Assembly: GCA_016840165.1 (NCBI GenBank)
Contig: JAEOSU010000016.1
Span: forward strand, 1 to 22,479
DNA: 22,479 bases
Source of the DNA: Promethearchaeota archaeon
GTDB taxonomy: Archaea; Asgardarchaeota; Lokiarchaeia; Sigyniarchaeales; SOKP01
Direction of reading: 5' to 3'
In this document: positions 6,266-14,903 of the stretch, in pieces
How the letters are laid out: every line of letters starts with the position of its first letter
How positions within the stretch are numbered: position 1 is the stretch's first letter
The notes under the pieces: model-generated
What the model was told of the DNA's origin: nothing
Seen by the model: the letters and a program-made list of their open reading frames with translations, nothing else
Database searches by the model: none
Program-made: the position numbers and the translations under genes

Positions 6266-8368
6266 ATGAATGAGCTATCTCAAGCAATCCATCCCCAAGT
6301 ATATATCTTAAATCCAAATTTAGGGCACCCTCTCTTTCTAAATATCGATAAAAAATTGAAGATGAGAGAATTTGAAATTCGGTTTTTATGTGCTAGTAAT
6401 GTGAGTGATATAACGGAAGCCAAACGAAAATTGCAGGAGAATATCGAAATTGTACCTGTTTTTGAATCCAAATGGGAACTAAAACGATTAATTGAAGAGG
6501 AGCAGAAAAAAAGAGTGCAAAAAATTAAAGAAGCAAAAAAGAAACAAAGTCTTTGGCGAAGATTGTTATTCAAAGTATCAAAAAAACGTAGAAGGTCATT
6601 TGAAGAAGAGATTAGTGTTGAGCATGATAAAATAATTGAAAAATACGAAGAGCAACTCAAAGAAAGAAGAGAGAATGCTATTCGAGGTAATCAAATTAAA
6701 CCCTTTTTGATTAACATTGAACCTGCATCGTTTACAGGAATTGACAAACCAGACTTTGATAGTTATTTATCACCTGTTGAATATTATAAGAAACAAGAAA
6801 TTTTGGACACGTTTATTTATTTCTTCACCATTTCCCTCAAATTCGAAATTTCTGAAGCAGTTCAAGAGTACTTAGAAATCTATAATTTTGTTATGTTTGA
6901 TATCATTCAAAGATTGGACGATAATAGAACTCGGACTAATTATCATTCGCTCATTATTTCAAAGCAAGAATGGGATACGTTTTCTTTTATACATGCCACC
7001 GATTTGCATATAGCTGAGCGCAATGACAGTATTTATGAAATAGTGAAGAATTGGTTAAAGACATTCAAATTAGAGTCTCTTGAGGATCAAAAAAATGAGG
7101 GGTTTTTTTCGAAATTAACGAAATTTTTTCAAAAAATTCCAAAAAAGCTGGAAGATACCCAAAAAAATCTAAAACCTTTAAAGAAAAGATATGTAAACCC
7201 TAATAATAACTTTCGGTCATTTATTAAAAATATAAATAATGAAGTTTTGAATAATAAAATTGAATTTGTTATTCTGACTGGAGATTTAATTGATTTTGCT
7301 ATTTTATCAACAATTTCCAAAGATTCGAGAAAATCATCAGAATTTGAATATACAACGACCAATTGGAAGACCTTTAAGAATATAGTCCTGAACCAGAATA
7401 CTCCCGATAAACGAGGTGTAATAAAGGGAGAGGAATTGTTATGTCCTATTTTTACCGTTCCTGGAAATCATGATTATCGTCCCAATCATTATGACCTTAG
7501 ATGGGGTGGCCTATATAAAAAAATTGGGTTAAATCCCAATGAAGCATTAGCCTTAAATGATAAATATATGGCCAATCCAATAACCGCAATTACAAAAAGT
7601 TTTCGAGCTTTAAAGGGATATTTACTTGAAATAAATTCTTCCTTAGATTATTTCCTTAAATTAGGGCGGAATAATTTTATCTTTTTAAACTCTGGCTCAG
7701 ATTCTTTTAAAAATTTACGAGACTTAATTTCAGGCAAACCATCGGTTACTGGATTATCCGCAAAGCAAATCAGTTTTTTAAAGCAATTAAAGAATACTCA
7801 ATTGAAATCTGGGGAACAAACATTTTTACTATTACATGGTCCTCCGATTAATCCTAAAAAGAGTATAAGTTTACTTAAAAGAGTTGGAAAAATGATTAGT
7901 TCAGATAAATTGCTTACCGAAATATCTCAATTTAAGGAATCATTTTTCCAGAAATTAGGCTTTGCAAAATCGAAGGCGAGGATTGATGAGGATTTTAACA
8001 TTCAATTCGGGACGATCTCTTCACATTGGGAGGACTTAATTGATTTCTGTAAAAATAATGTGATTCTTACCTTATCTGGGCATACTCATGAGTTAAAAGA
8101 ATTTCGATTAGGTTCCCATAATGCTAATGAAAAGAAATACAATGGATCAAAATTAGAAGAAAATAGCGATATCCCAATATATTATGATCTTTACTCTGAA
8201 ATATTTACCAACACGAACGATATTGAGGAAAATGGGCCTTTTATCGTACAAACTCCTGCATTGGGTTTAGGAGGTTATCATAATCCTAAGCTAGTTGGTG
8301 GATTTCGAGAAATTCATATAAAGAATGGAAAATTAGATTCATTTAAAGTAAAATTTATAAACAGATGA
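6266..8368 (+). CDS. Large calcineurin-like metallophosphoesterase
   Basis: HATDLH, TGDLID, PGNHD, LLHGPP and SGHTH motifs in order; about 240-aa N-terminal extension with a charged coiled coil. Confidence 0.88.
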   Translation: MNELSQAIHPQVYILNPNLGHPLFLNIDKKLKMREFEIRFLCASNVSDITEAKRKLQENIEIVPVFESKWELKRLIEEEQKKRVQKIKEAKKKQSLWRRLLFKVSKKRRRSFEEEISVEHDKIIEKYEEQLKERRENAIRGNQIKPFLINIEPASFTGIDKPDFDSYLSPVEYYKKQEILDTFIYFFTISLKFEISEAVQEYLEIYNFVMFDIIQRLDDNRTRTNYHSLIISKQEWDTFSFIHATDLHIAERNDSIYEIVKNWLKTFKLESLEDQKNEGFFSKLTKFFQKIPKKLEDTQKNLKPLKKRYVNPNNNFRSFIKNINNEVLNNKIEFVILTGDLIDFAILSTISKDSRKSSEFEYTTTNWKTFKNIVLNQNTPDKRGVIKGEELLCPIFTVPGNHDYRPNHYDLRWGGLYKKIGLNPNEALALNDKYMANPITAITKSFRALKGYLLEINSSLDYFLKLGRNNFIFLNSGSDSFKNLRDLISGKPSVTGLSAKQISFLKQLKNTQLKSGEQTFLLLHGPPINPKKSISLLKRVGKMISSDKLLTEISQFKESFFQKLGFAKSKARIDEDFNIQFGTISSHWEDLIDFCKNNVILTLSGHTHELKEFRLGSHNANEKKYNGSKLEENSDIPIYYDLYSEIFTNTNDIEENGPFIVQTPALGLGGYHNPKLVGGFREIHIKNGKLDSFKVKFINR

Positions 8369-8386
8369 ATTTATCTAAGGTAGTAT

Positions 8387-9046
8387 CTAAAAATTAATTA
8401 AACTATAACCTAGATTAAAAGCATCCAAGTTCAGGGAATCTTTTCCAAAGAAATCCTCTAATACCTCGAGCATTAGCTTTTTATTAAAAATTTCTTGAAA
8501 TTCCCTAGCACCTACTCCTAATAAGATCACATTCGAATAAATAACATCATTAAATTTTGTTTTCGCCAATTCATTAAAATCTAAAGAAATCGTACGCCTT
8601 GCAAGTTGGTCGAGAATGTCAATGATATATCCCAAACTAGGGTACTTCATTGACTTTTCCTTTTTTAAAAGAACATTTCTAGGATAATTACGATGAGTAT
8701 TCATAATTACTACAGTTCGTTCCGAAATATAGCGCAAATTTCTAATTGTTTCTAAAGGTTCGAGTCCCAATACAAGATGTGCGTCATTAATCGGAATCAA
8801 TGGAGAAATAAGTTCTTCTATTTCAAAATTTTGGTCAAGCGAATAAATTTTGCTATCAATGAGATATCTCGCAGTAGCTAATACAGATCCTTCTCTTTGA
8901 GAAACACCTCTGGTTTCAGTACCGACTACATTTTTAATCAATGGAAAGCGCATTCCATAATCCCTTAAAATATTTCCCAAAAGTACGATTCCTTGTCCAC
9001 CAACACCCGTTAATAATACATTATAAATATCTCCCGTAGTTCTCAC
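8387..9046 (-). CDS. iorB: Indolepyruvate:ferredoxin oxidoreductase beta subunit
   Basis: LLTGVGGQGIVL, ETRGVSQREGSV, LGLEPLE, NVILLG, NLDAFNLGY; starts 1 bp after the iorA stop. Confidence 0.9.
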   Translation of the reverse strand: MRTTGDIYNVLLTGVGGQGIVLLGNILRDYGMRFPLIKNVVGTETRGVSQREGSVLATARYLIDSKIYSLDQNFEIEELISPLIPINDAHLVLGLEPLETIRNLRYISERTVVIMNTHRNYPRNVLLKKEKSMKYPSLGYIIDILDQLARRTISLDFNELAKTKFNDVIYSNVILLGVGAREFQEIFNKKLMLEVLEDFFGKDSLNLDAFNLGYSLINF

Positions 9047-9047
9047 C

Positions 9048-11126
9048 TTATTCTGAATACGTTTCTTTATTAATTAGATCAATAATAGTCTTTTTTATCA
9101 TATTATCTTTACAAACTGCTTTACAGAGTCCGGGACATATATTTGGCATACAAGCACTTTGATTGATGAAATATTTATAATTATGAGGTTGAAGATTATC
9201 TTCAGATTGATCGGATTTTTTTTCTATTATCTCGATATTGATGGCCGGACAACCTAAATATTCAATACATTCATTACATTTTACGCATGAATCTAATATT
9301 TTATAATATATTTGTTGATTTGGAGATTCAATATCCTGATTTTCATAATATTTCTGTCTTCGTTGCTTCTCTAATGCGCACTCTTCATTAATAACAATAA
9401 CTTTAATGCCCGGTTTTGGAAGATTATTTAAGAATATCTTTTCTAAATGTTCTATATTATATGCACCTGAGATAATTAGATTTTCTTTTTCTAAGCCAAT
9501 GTTTTCTAAGAGATTAACTAAATTTATTTCGGTTCTTTTTGGTTCCGATTCTTTGCCTTGGCGTTGAGTGAGGGAAAGTGGGGTTCCTGCATGCTCTTGT
9601 TGTCCCGTCATAGAAGTCCAATAATTATTAAAAATAACAACGGTCATTTCTGTATCATTTTTAATCGCATTTATTAATGGTTGGAGACCGGTGTGAAACA
9701 AAGTACTATCTCCAATAAAAGCGATTAATTTTTGATCTGGGGGCACCACTCGAGCCATTCCATTTGCAATTCCAATACCTGCGCCCATACATACAACCCA
9801 ATCAAGCATTTGATACGGATAAGATTCACTGAGAGTATAACAGCCAATATCTCCTGCATATATAAATTCATAACCTTCTTCCTTCCTTAATTTTTTTACG
9901 GCTTTTTTTAGACTATAAAATACGGGTCTATATTGACAGCCTGGACAAAAGGTTGGTTCTCTAATCGGTAGATTTGGTAATATATCTTTAAGGATTTGTT
10001 CCTTAAGATCAATTTCTTCAATCAATTCATCCCTTTTTACCTCATAATGTGTAATTAAAAATCGTATTACAATATCAGTAGTGAGTTCTCCAATTTTAGA
10101 TATAAAGTCCTTTCCATGAATTTCCAAATCTCTTTTTGAGTCGCAATAATTACAGAAAGTTCGCTTAGAAACAGTTTCTATGAAAGGTTCTAATTCTTCA
10201 ACTACTAATAATTTTTTAAGGGAAAAACTATTTGCAAAAGAGCAAATCTCTTCTCTATTTATTGGAAATATTAAACCAAGCTTTAGTATTGGCGGTTTTA
10301 TATTAAGTCTTCTACAGGCTTGAATAACATAACTATAACATAGACCACTTGTAATAATTCCAATGTCAGAAATGCCTTTATTATCGCTTTTTTGACCCCA
10401 ATCCTTAATCTTGTTAAATAGATAGAATACTTTTCTATTTTTGGCAAGTTCACTTACAATTTGGAAATATTTAGATTGGTTTGATAACGCACGATTTAAA
10501 GTATTTATATAGCGATCAGGATCTTTTTCGAATTTACCTGTTTTTTGAATCGTGCTAATTTCTCCTAGTGTAACTATACCATGGCTATGGCATAATCTAC
10601 TAGTTACTTGAACATAGATTGGAATTTTATATAATTCTGAAAGTCGTAATCCTTCTTTGATGAAATCCTTACATTCTTGAACAGTCGAGGGTTCTATTAT
10701 GGGAATTTTAGTATGTAATGCATAAAGACGATTATCTTGCGCATTAGTAGACGATAATATACCGGGATCTCCCCCACATAAAATCAACATACCCCCATTA
10801 ATTCCAGAATAAGGAAATGTATGCAAAGGATCCGCAGCAACATTTAATCCTAAGTGTTTAAACATTACAACAGAACGTAAGCCTGTCCAGGATACTCCAA
10901 TACATGATTCTAACGCAACTTTTTCGTTAACCGCATAATCAAATGTAAAATTCTCTCTTTTTTTCGAAAGAAAATGGAGATAATCACCTACCTCACTTAA
11001 GGGGGTTCCAGGATAATTTGCGGCAAATCTTACTCCCGCTTCGAAAATTCCTCGAGCAAATGCTTCATTACCCGATATTAAGACTTTCTTACCCGGACTA
11101 TTTTGAAATAAGTCAGTAACATTCAC
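9048..11126 (-). CDS. iorA: Indolepyruvate:ferredoxin oxidoreductase alpha subunit
   Basis: GNEAFARG, YPGTPLSE, NEKVALE, KHLGLNVAADPL, STNAQDNR, PTFCPGC, GDIGCYTL, TPP-binding IGDSTLFH...NN, C-terminal ferredoxin cysteines. Confidence 0.93.
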   Translation of the reverse strand: MNVTDLFQNSPGKKVLISGNEAFARGIFEAGVRFAANYPGTPLSEVGDYLHFLSKKRENFTFDYAVNEKVALESCIGVSWTGLRSVVMFKHLGLNVAADPLHTFPYSGINGGMLILCGGDPGILSSTNAQDNRLYALHTKIPIIEPSTVQECKDFIKEGLRLSELYKIPIYVQVTSRLCHSHGIVTLGEISTIQKTGKFEKDPDRYINTLNRALSNQSKYFQIVSELAKNRKVFYLFNKIKDWGQKSDNKGISDIGIITSGLCYSYVIQACRRLNIKPPILKLGLIFPINREEICSFANSFSLKKLLVVEELEPFIETVSKRTFCNYCDSKRDLEIHGKDFISKIGELTTDIVIRFLITHYEVKRDELIEEIDLKEQILKDILPNLPIREPTFCPGCQYRPVFYSLKKAVKKLRKEEGYEFIYAGDIGCYTLSESYPYQMLDWVVCMGAGIGIANGMARVVPPDQKLIAFIGDSTLFHTGLQPLINAIKNDTEMTVVIFNNYWTSMTGQQEHAGTPLSLTQRQGKESEPKRTEINLVNLLENIGLEKENLIISGAYNIEHLEKIFLNNLPKPGIKVIVINEECALEKQRRQKYYENQDIESPNQQIYYKILDSCVKCNECIEYLGCPAINIEIIEKKSDQSEDNLQPHNYKYFINQSACMPNICPGLCKAVCKDNMIKKTIIDLINKETYSE

Positions 11127-11242
11127 AATAGTATCTTTATATTAAATTAAATTTTAATGGTTAGTCTATATAATAACAATTAGTGTTAAGATAAAAAAAT
11201 ATTCATTATTATTCTAAATACTAAGGATAGACAATGAAAATC

Positions 11243-11404
11243 TTAAAAAGTCGGAGAATACCACAATAAAAGTATAATTATAAATAGAAAAATGATGATA
11301 AGAGCCATACTAATTTTCATAGTTTCGTGGATCTTGATTAATCTATTTTCTATATTCTCGAGTTTTGCATTAATACTTCCATTGTCATCATTACTTTCAT
11401 ACAT
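11243..11404 (-). CDS. Small 53-aa tail-anchored membrane protein, not in the ORF track
   Basis: MYESNDDNGSINAKLENIENRLIKIHETMKISMALIIIFLFIIILLLWYSPTF-TAA; heptad-like segment followed by a C-terminal hydrophobic helix; GAGGA upstream; co-oriented between lpdA and iorA. Confidence 0.6.
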   Translation of the reverse strand: MYESNDDNGSINAKLENIENRLIKIHETMKISMALIIIFLFIIILLLWYSPTF

Positions 11405-11514
11405 TATGATCTAATTATCCTCGATTAAGATTTAAATTTTACACTAATTAAGATCAAGGCTGAAAGACATATTATAGTAAGATATAATAAAAATAAAAAA
11501 GAAATATGGTCAAT

Positions 11515-13005
11515 TTAGTGAAATGTGGGTCTTCCCTTCTTATGGATAGCCATTCCAAAAACATCCTCTGCGGCTTCTAATACCATTTCGGAGATGGTTG
11601 GATGACTATGGATAGTCTCTGCTATATCATGGATCGTGAGTCCATGCTGCATTGCTAAGGCAATTTCGGCTATCAATTCTGGAGCTTCAGCACCAATACA
11701 AGAGGCACCAATAATTTTATGAGTATCTTTATCCGCAAGAACAAGTAAGAAACCTTCTTCATGACCGGCACATTTTGCTTTTCCCAAAGATGCATAGGCG
11801 AATCTGCCCATAGCCACGTCTATCCCCAAATCTTTGGCTTGTTTTCTTCTGATGCCAACCGATCCAATGTTAGGATTAGTAAAAATGGTAGCGGGTACAA
11901 CCTTATAATCAGTAGTTCTCTCCTCTGCAGGAAAACCTCCTAAGCTATCCAATGCATTTGAAACAGCCACATCTCCCATATAACTGGCTACATGGGCAAG
12001 CATAGGCGCCCCAGATGCAGCTACATCTCCAATCGCATATATACCTTTCACAGAGGTTTCGGTTGTTTTGGTATCGATGTTAATTGCTCCTCTTGACGTT
12101 TCAATTCCTAAATCCTCTAAACCGATATTTTGAGATTCTCTGGCTCTTCCTATTGATACTAAACAATAATCCGCTTCGAAATAGGATTTTTCAGCAGTTT
12201 CTAGTTGATCCCGAGGTACATCAGCAGAACATGTAGTTGCTTTTACTCCAGAGCCGGTATTTTCCACGGACAATACATTTTGAGATACATTTAGCTCAAT
12301 ATCTAAACTATCCAATTTTTTTTGTAATTCTTTTACAACCATAGGCTCTTCTGTGGCAATTGGACTTGGAAGATATTCTAGCATAATAACTTTGCTTCCA
12401 AAAGTCGCAAAAATGTTAGCAAATTCGCATCCGATAACTCCTGCTCCAATAATTAAGAGCCGTTTTGGAACAATATTAAATTTCGGATCTAAAATATCAT
12501 CACTCGTCAGAATCCTATCATGGTCAATATTAAATGCTGGAATCATCGCAGGTGAAGAACCTGTTGCTATTATGACGCGTTTTGCTTTAATTGTTGTAAT
12601 ATTTTCCCCCTCTATTGAAATATCGAATCCTTCATTTGCATTACCTCCTAAAATTTTGCCATGACCAAAAAATACGTCATTTTTCCACCCTTTTTGTAAT
12701 CCAGCTATACCCTCGACCAATTCTTTTACCACATCGTTTTTCCGGTCTACAGCTTTAGCAAAATCTATCTTTAAATCACAATTCACTCCAAACTTCGGTC
12801 CATGTTCTCTAATAGTCTGAATTAAATCGGCAGATGCATATAATGCTTTCGTTGGAATACATCCCCAGTTCAAACACGTCCCTCCCAAATTTGCTTTTTC
12901 GATTAAAGCGACTTTAGCTCCATATTGGGCAGCTCTAACCGCAGCATGGTATCCACCGGGTCCAGCACCAAGGATGGCAACATCATATTCGACACTTTCA
13001 CTCAT
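11515..13005 (-). CDS. lpdA: Dihydrolipoyl dehydrogenase
   Basis: GAGPGGY FAD motif, GGTCLNWGCIPTKAL redox disulfide, IIGAGVIGCEFA NAD motif, IYAIGD, HPTISE. Confidence 0.95.
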   Translation of the reverse strand: MSESVEYDVAILGAGPGGYHAAVRAAQYGAKVALIEKANLGGTCLNWGCIPTKALYASADLIQTIREHGPKFGVNCDLKIDFAKAVDRKNDVVKELVEGIAGLQKGWKNDVFFGHGKILGGNANEGFDISIEGENITTIKAKRVIIATGSSPAMIPAFNIDHDRILTSDDILDPKFNIVPKRLLIIGAGVIGCEFANIFATFGSKVIMLEYLPSPIATEEPMVVKELQKKLDSLDIELNVSQNVLSVENTGSGVKATTCSADVPRDQLETAEKSYFEADYCLVSIGRARESQNIGLEDLGIETSRGAINIDTKTTETSVKGIYAIGDVAASGAPMLAHVASYMGDVAVSNALDSLGGFPAEERTTDYKVVPATIFTNPNIGSVGIRRKQAKDLGIDVAMGRFAYASLGKAKCAGHEEGFLLVLADKDTHKIIGASCIGAEAPELIAEIALAMQHGLTIHDIAETIHSHPTISEMVLEAAEDVFGMAIHKKGRPTFH

Positions 13006-13132
13006 TATGATTCAACTTCTCTCCTTTAATAGTTAGTATTTGTTATAAAATAATATGAAAATAAATTATACAACCAATATTAAGTTTAATCAAATATTAT
13101 TACTACTAATTAAATAAGTATATTTTCAATCG

Positions 13133-14572
13133 ATGAATCCAGCCTTTATAAAAAATTATTCAGAATTAATTCCACCATCTCTTACTGAATCTCAATTATT
13201 GCTTAGAACGACAATTTTGAATGCTTTAGAATTGGCAATAAATTCAGTTATGCCAAAAAATCTAATGGCCAAAGCATTAAAAATAGAAAATGGGAAGCTA
13301 ATTATTCAAAATAATCAATTTTCTCTAAAGAAATTCAAAGATATATGCATAATTGGAGGGGGTAAAGCCGTAGCTCATATGACTGCATATTTGGAAAAAT
13401 TGCTCTCAAATGTCTCAGGTATTAAATATAAAGGCATAATAAATGTTCCTGAAAATTTATCTATAGATGATTTAGAATTAAGCGAATCAATACAGATTAA
13501 TTTTGCCTCTCATCCATTACCAAATGAATCTGGCGTCATTGGAGTGCATAAGATGATGGAATTGATCAATTCGAGTTCCAAAAAGAGTCTAATATTATTT
13601 TTAGTATCAGGGGGCGGTTCTGCTCTATTACCCTTACCGAGAGGAGAGATTCAACTTAAAGACCTCCAAGCAATTAACGAATTGCTTTTAGACTCTGGGG
13701 CTTCTATTCATGAAATAAACGTGATAAGAAAGCATCTTTCTGATCTGAAAGGAGGAAATTTAGCGCGAAAAATTTTTGAGGCGAATAAAGGCACCCTTAT
13801 TTCATTAATAATCTCTGACGTGGTTGGTAATAATTTAGATTCTATTGCTTCTGGACCATCGGTAGCAGACTCTTCGACCTTTAAAGATGTTTTTACAATT
13901 TTAAATAAATATACACTATTTGATAAAGTTCCGAATTCTATTCACTCCTTGGTAGAGGAGGGGCTAAATAACAAAGCATTAGAGACTCCAAAATTAGGAG
14001 ATAAGTGTTTCGATAACGTTCATAATTATCTTATAGGGAGTATAGAAACTGGAGTTCTAGCTATTAAAAATCTTTTGAAAAAAGAAGGATATACGGTCAA
14101 TTACTTCTCAGATACAATCACAGGAGAGGCAAAAGTATTTGGAGAGAGACTTTTCAATAAAAGTATAGCTGAATTCAGAAATCATCATAATTGGAGTAAA
14201 AGATATGCATTAATTGGAACCGGAGAACTCACAGTTACAATTAAAGGAAAGGGAATTGGGGGAAGAAATCAGGAGATGCTCTTAGGTTTTCTGAATAAAG
14301 CGATAGATACTAAAATTAATAATAATTTCTGTATTATAGCTGCAAACCTTGATGGCATTGAAGGAAATAGTAATGCGATGGGGGCATTAGTAGATAATGA
14401 AGTGTGCAAAAAAGCACTTGAGTTAAATCTCAATATAACTAAATACCTAAATCATAATGATTCTAATTCTGCATTTAACTTGTTAGGTACTGAAATAATT
14501 ACTGGTCCTACAGGCTGTAATGTGAATGATATAATGATTTTTCTTTATGGAAATTACTCTAAGGAGAGATAA
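13133..14572 (+). CDS. Glycerate 2-kinase (MOFRL/DUF4147 family)
   Basis: GGGKA, SHPLP, SGGGSAL, NVIRKHLSDLKGG, ISDVVG, IASGP, GGRNQE, TGPTGCNVND. Confidence 0.93.
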   Translation: MNPAFIKNYSELIPPSLTESQLLLRTTILNALELAINSVMPKNLMAKALKIENGKLIIQNNQFSLKKFKDICIIGGGKAVAHMTAYLEKLLSNVSGIKYKGIINVPENLSIDDLELSESIQINFASHPLPNESGVIGVHKMMELINSSSKKSLILFLVSGGGSALLPLPRGEIQLKDLQAINELLLDSGASIHEINVIRKHLSDLKGGNLARKIFEANKGTLISLIISDVVGNNLDSIASGPSVADSSTFKDVFTILNKYTLFDKVPNSIHSLVEEGLNNKALETPKLGDKCFDNVHNYLIGSIETGVLAIKNLLKKEGYTVNYFSDTITGEAKVFGERLFNKSIAEFRNHHNWSKRYALIGTGELTVTIKGKGIGGRNQEMLLGFLNKAIDTKINNNFCIIAANLDGIEGNSNAMGALVDNEVCKKALELNLNITKYLNHNDSNSAFNLLGTEIITGPTGCNVNDIMIFLYGNYSKER

Positions 14573-14576
14573 TTAC

Positions 14577-14789
14577 TTGAAAGATAATCGATTTGAAAAA
14601 ATTCGTATTAGAAACACAAAAGATCATTTTATCCTTACGTGCCCTGTATGTGGTTATTCATTTCGCCGAGAGATGGATCCTAAAAATAGAAAAAGTAAAT
14701 GGAACCGATGTCCGATGTGTGGTTATAAATGGAACCGTCCCGATTTCGTCGACAATAATTATAATTCTTCAGATAAAAAATTCTTATAA
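14577..14789 (+). CDS. Small zinc-ribbon protein
   Basis: CPVCGY...CPMCGY double CxxC; likely TTG start at 14577 after AAGGAG (the track gives ATG 14547, which overlaps glycerate kinase). Confidence 0.75.
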   Translation: MKDNRFEKIRIRNTKDHFILTCPVCGYSFRREMDPKNRKSKWNRCPMCGYKWNRPDFVDNNYNSSDKKFL

Positions 14790-14903
14790 AATATATTCTG
14801 AAAAAATCTTTTTTAACTATACTTCTTATATTTACTTTAATAGCAATATTATCAATCCATAATTAATTTTTAAATAAATTAATAAAAAAAACGTGAAATT
14901 AAA

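Noticed and set aside
6280-7362. Antisense ORFs 6280-6660 and 7129-7362
   Set aside because: F/L/S-rich mirror of Lys/Glu-rich codons of the phosphoesterase
8366-8368. TGA stops (here and at 5510-5512) as selenocysteine read-through
   Set aside because: Further in-frame stops follow within a few codons and the positions do not align with catalytic Cys sites
11761-12664. Plus-strand ORFs inside lpdA
   Set aside because: Antisense shadows of a conserved gene
14696-14737. TAAATGGAACCG repeated at 30-nt spacing
   Set aside because: Only two copies, encoding KWNR twice inside a CDS; not a CRISPR array or mobile-element end
14593-14862. 89-aa alternate-frame ORF
   Set aside because: Overlaps the double-CxxC zinc-ribbon ORF, which has the convincing motif and RBS
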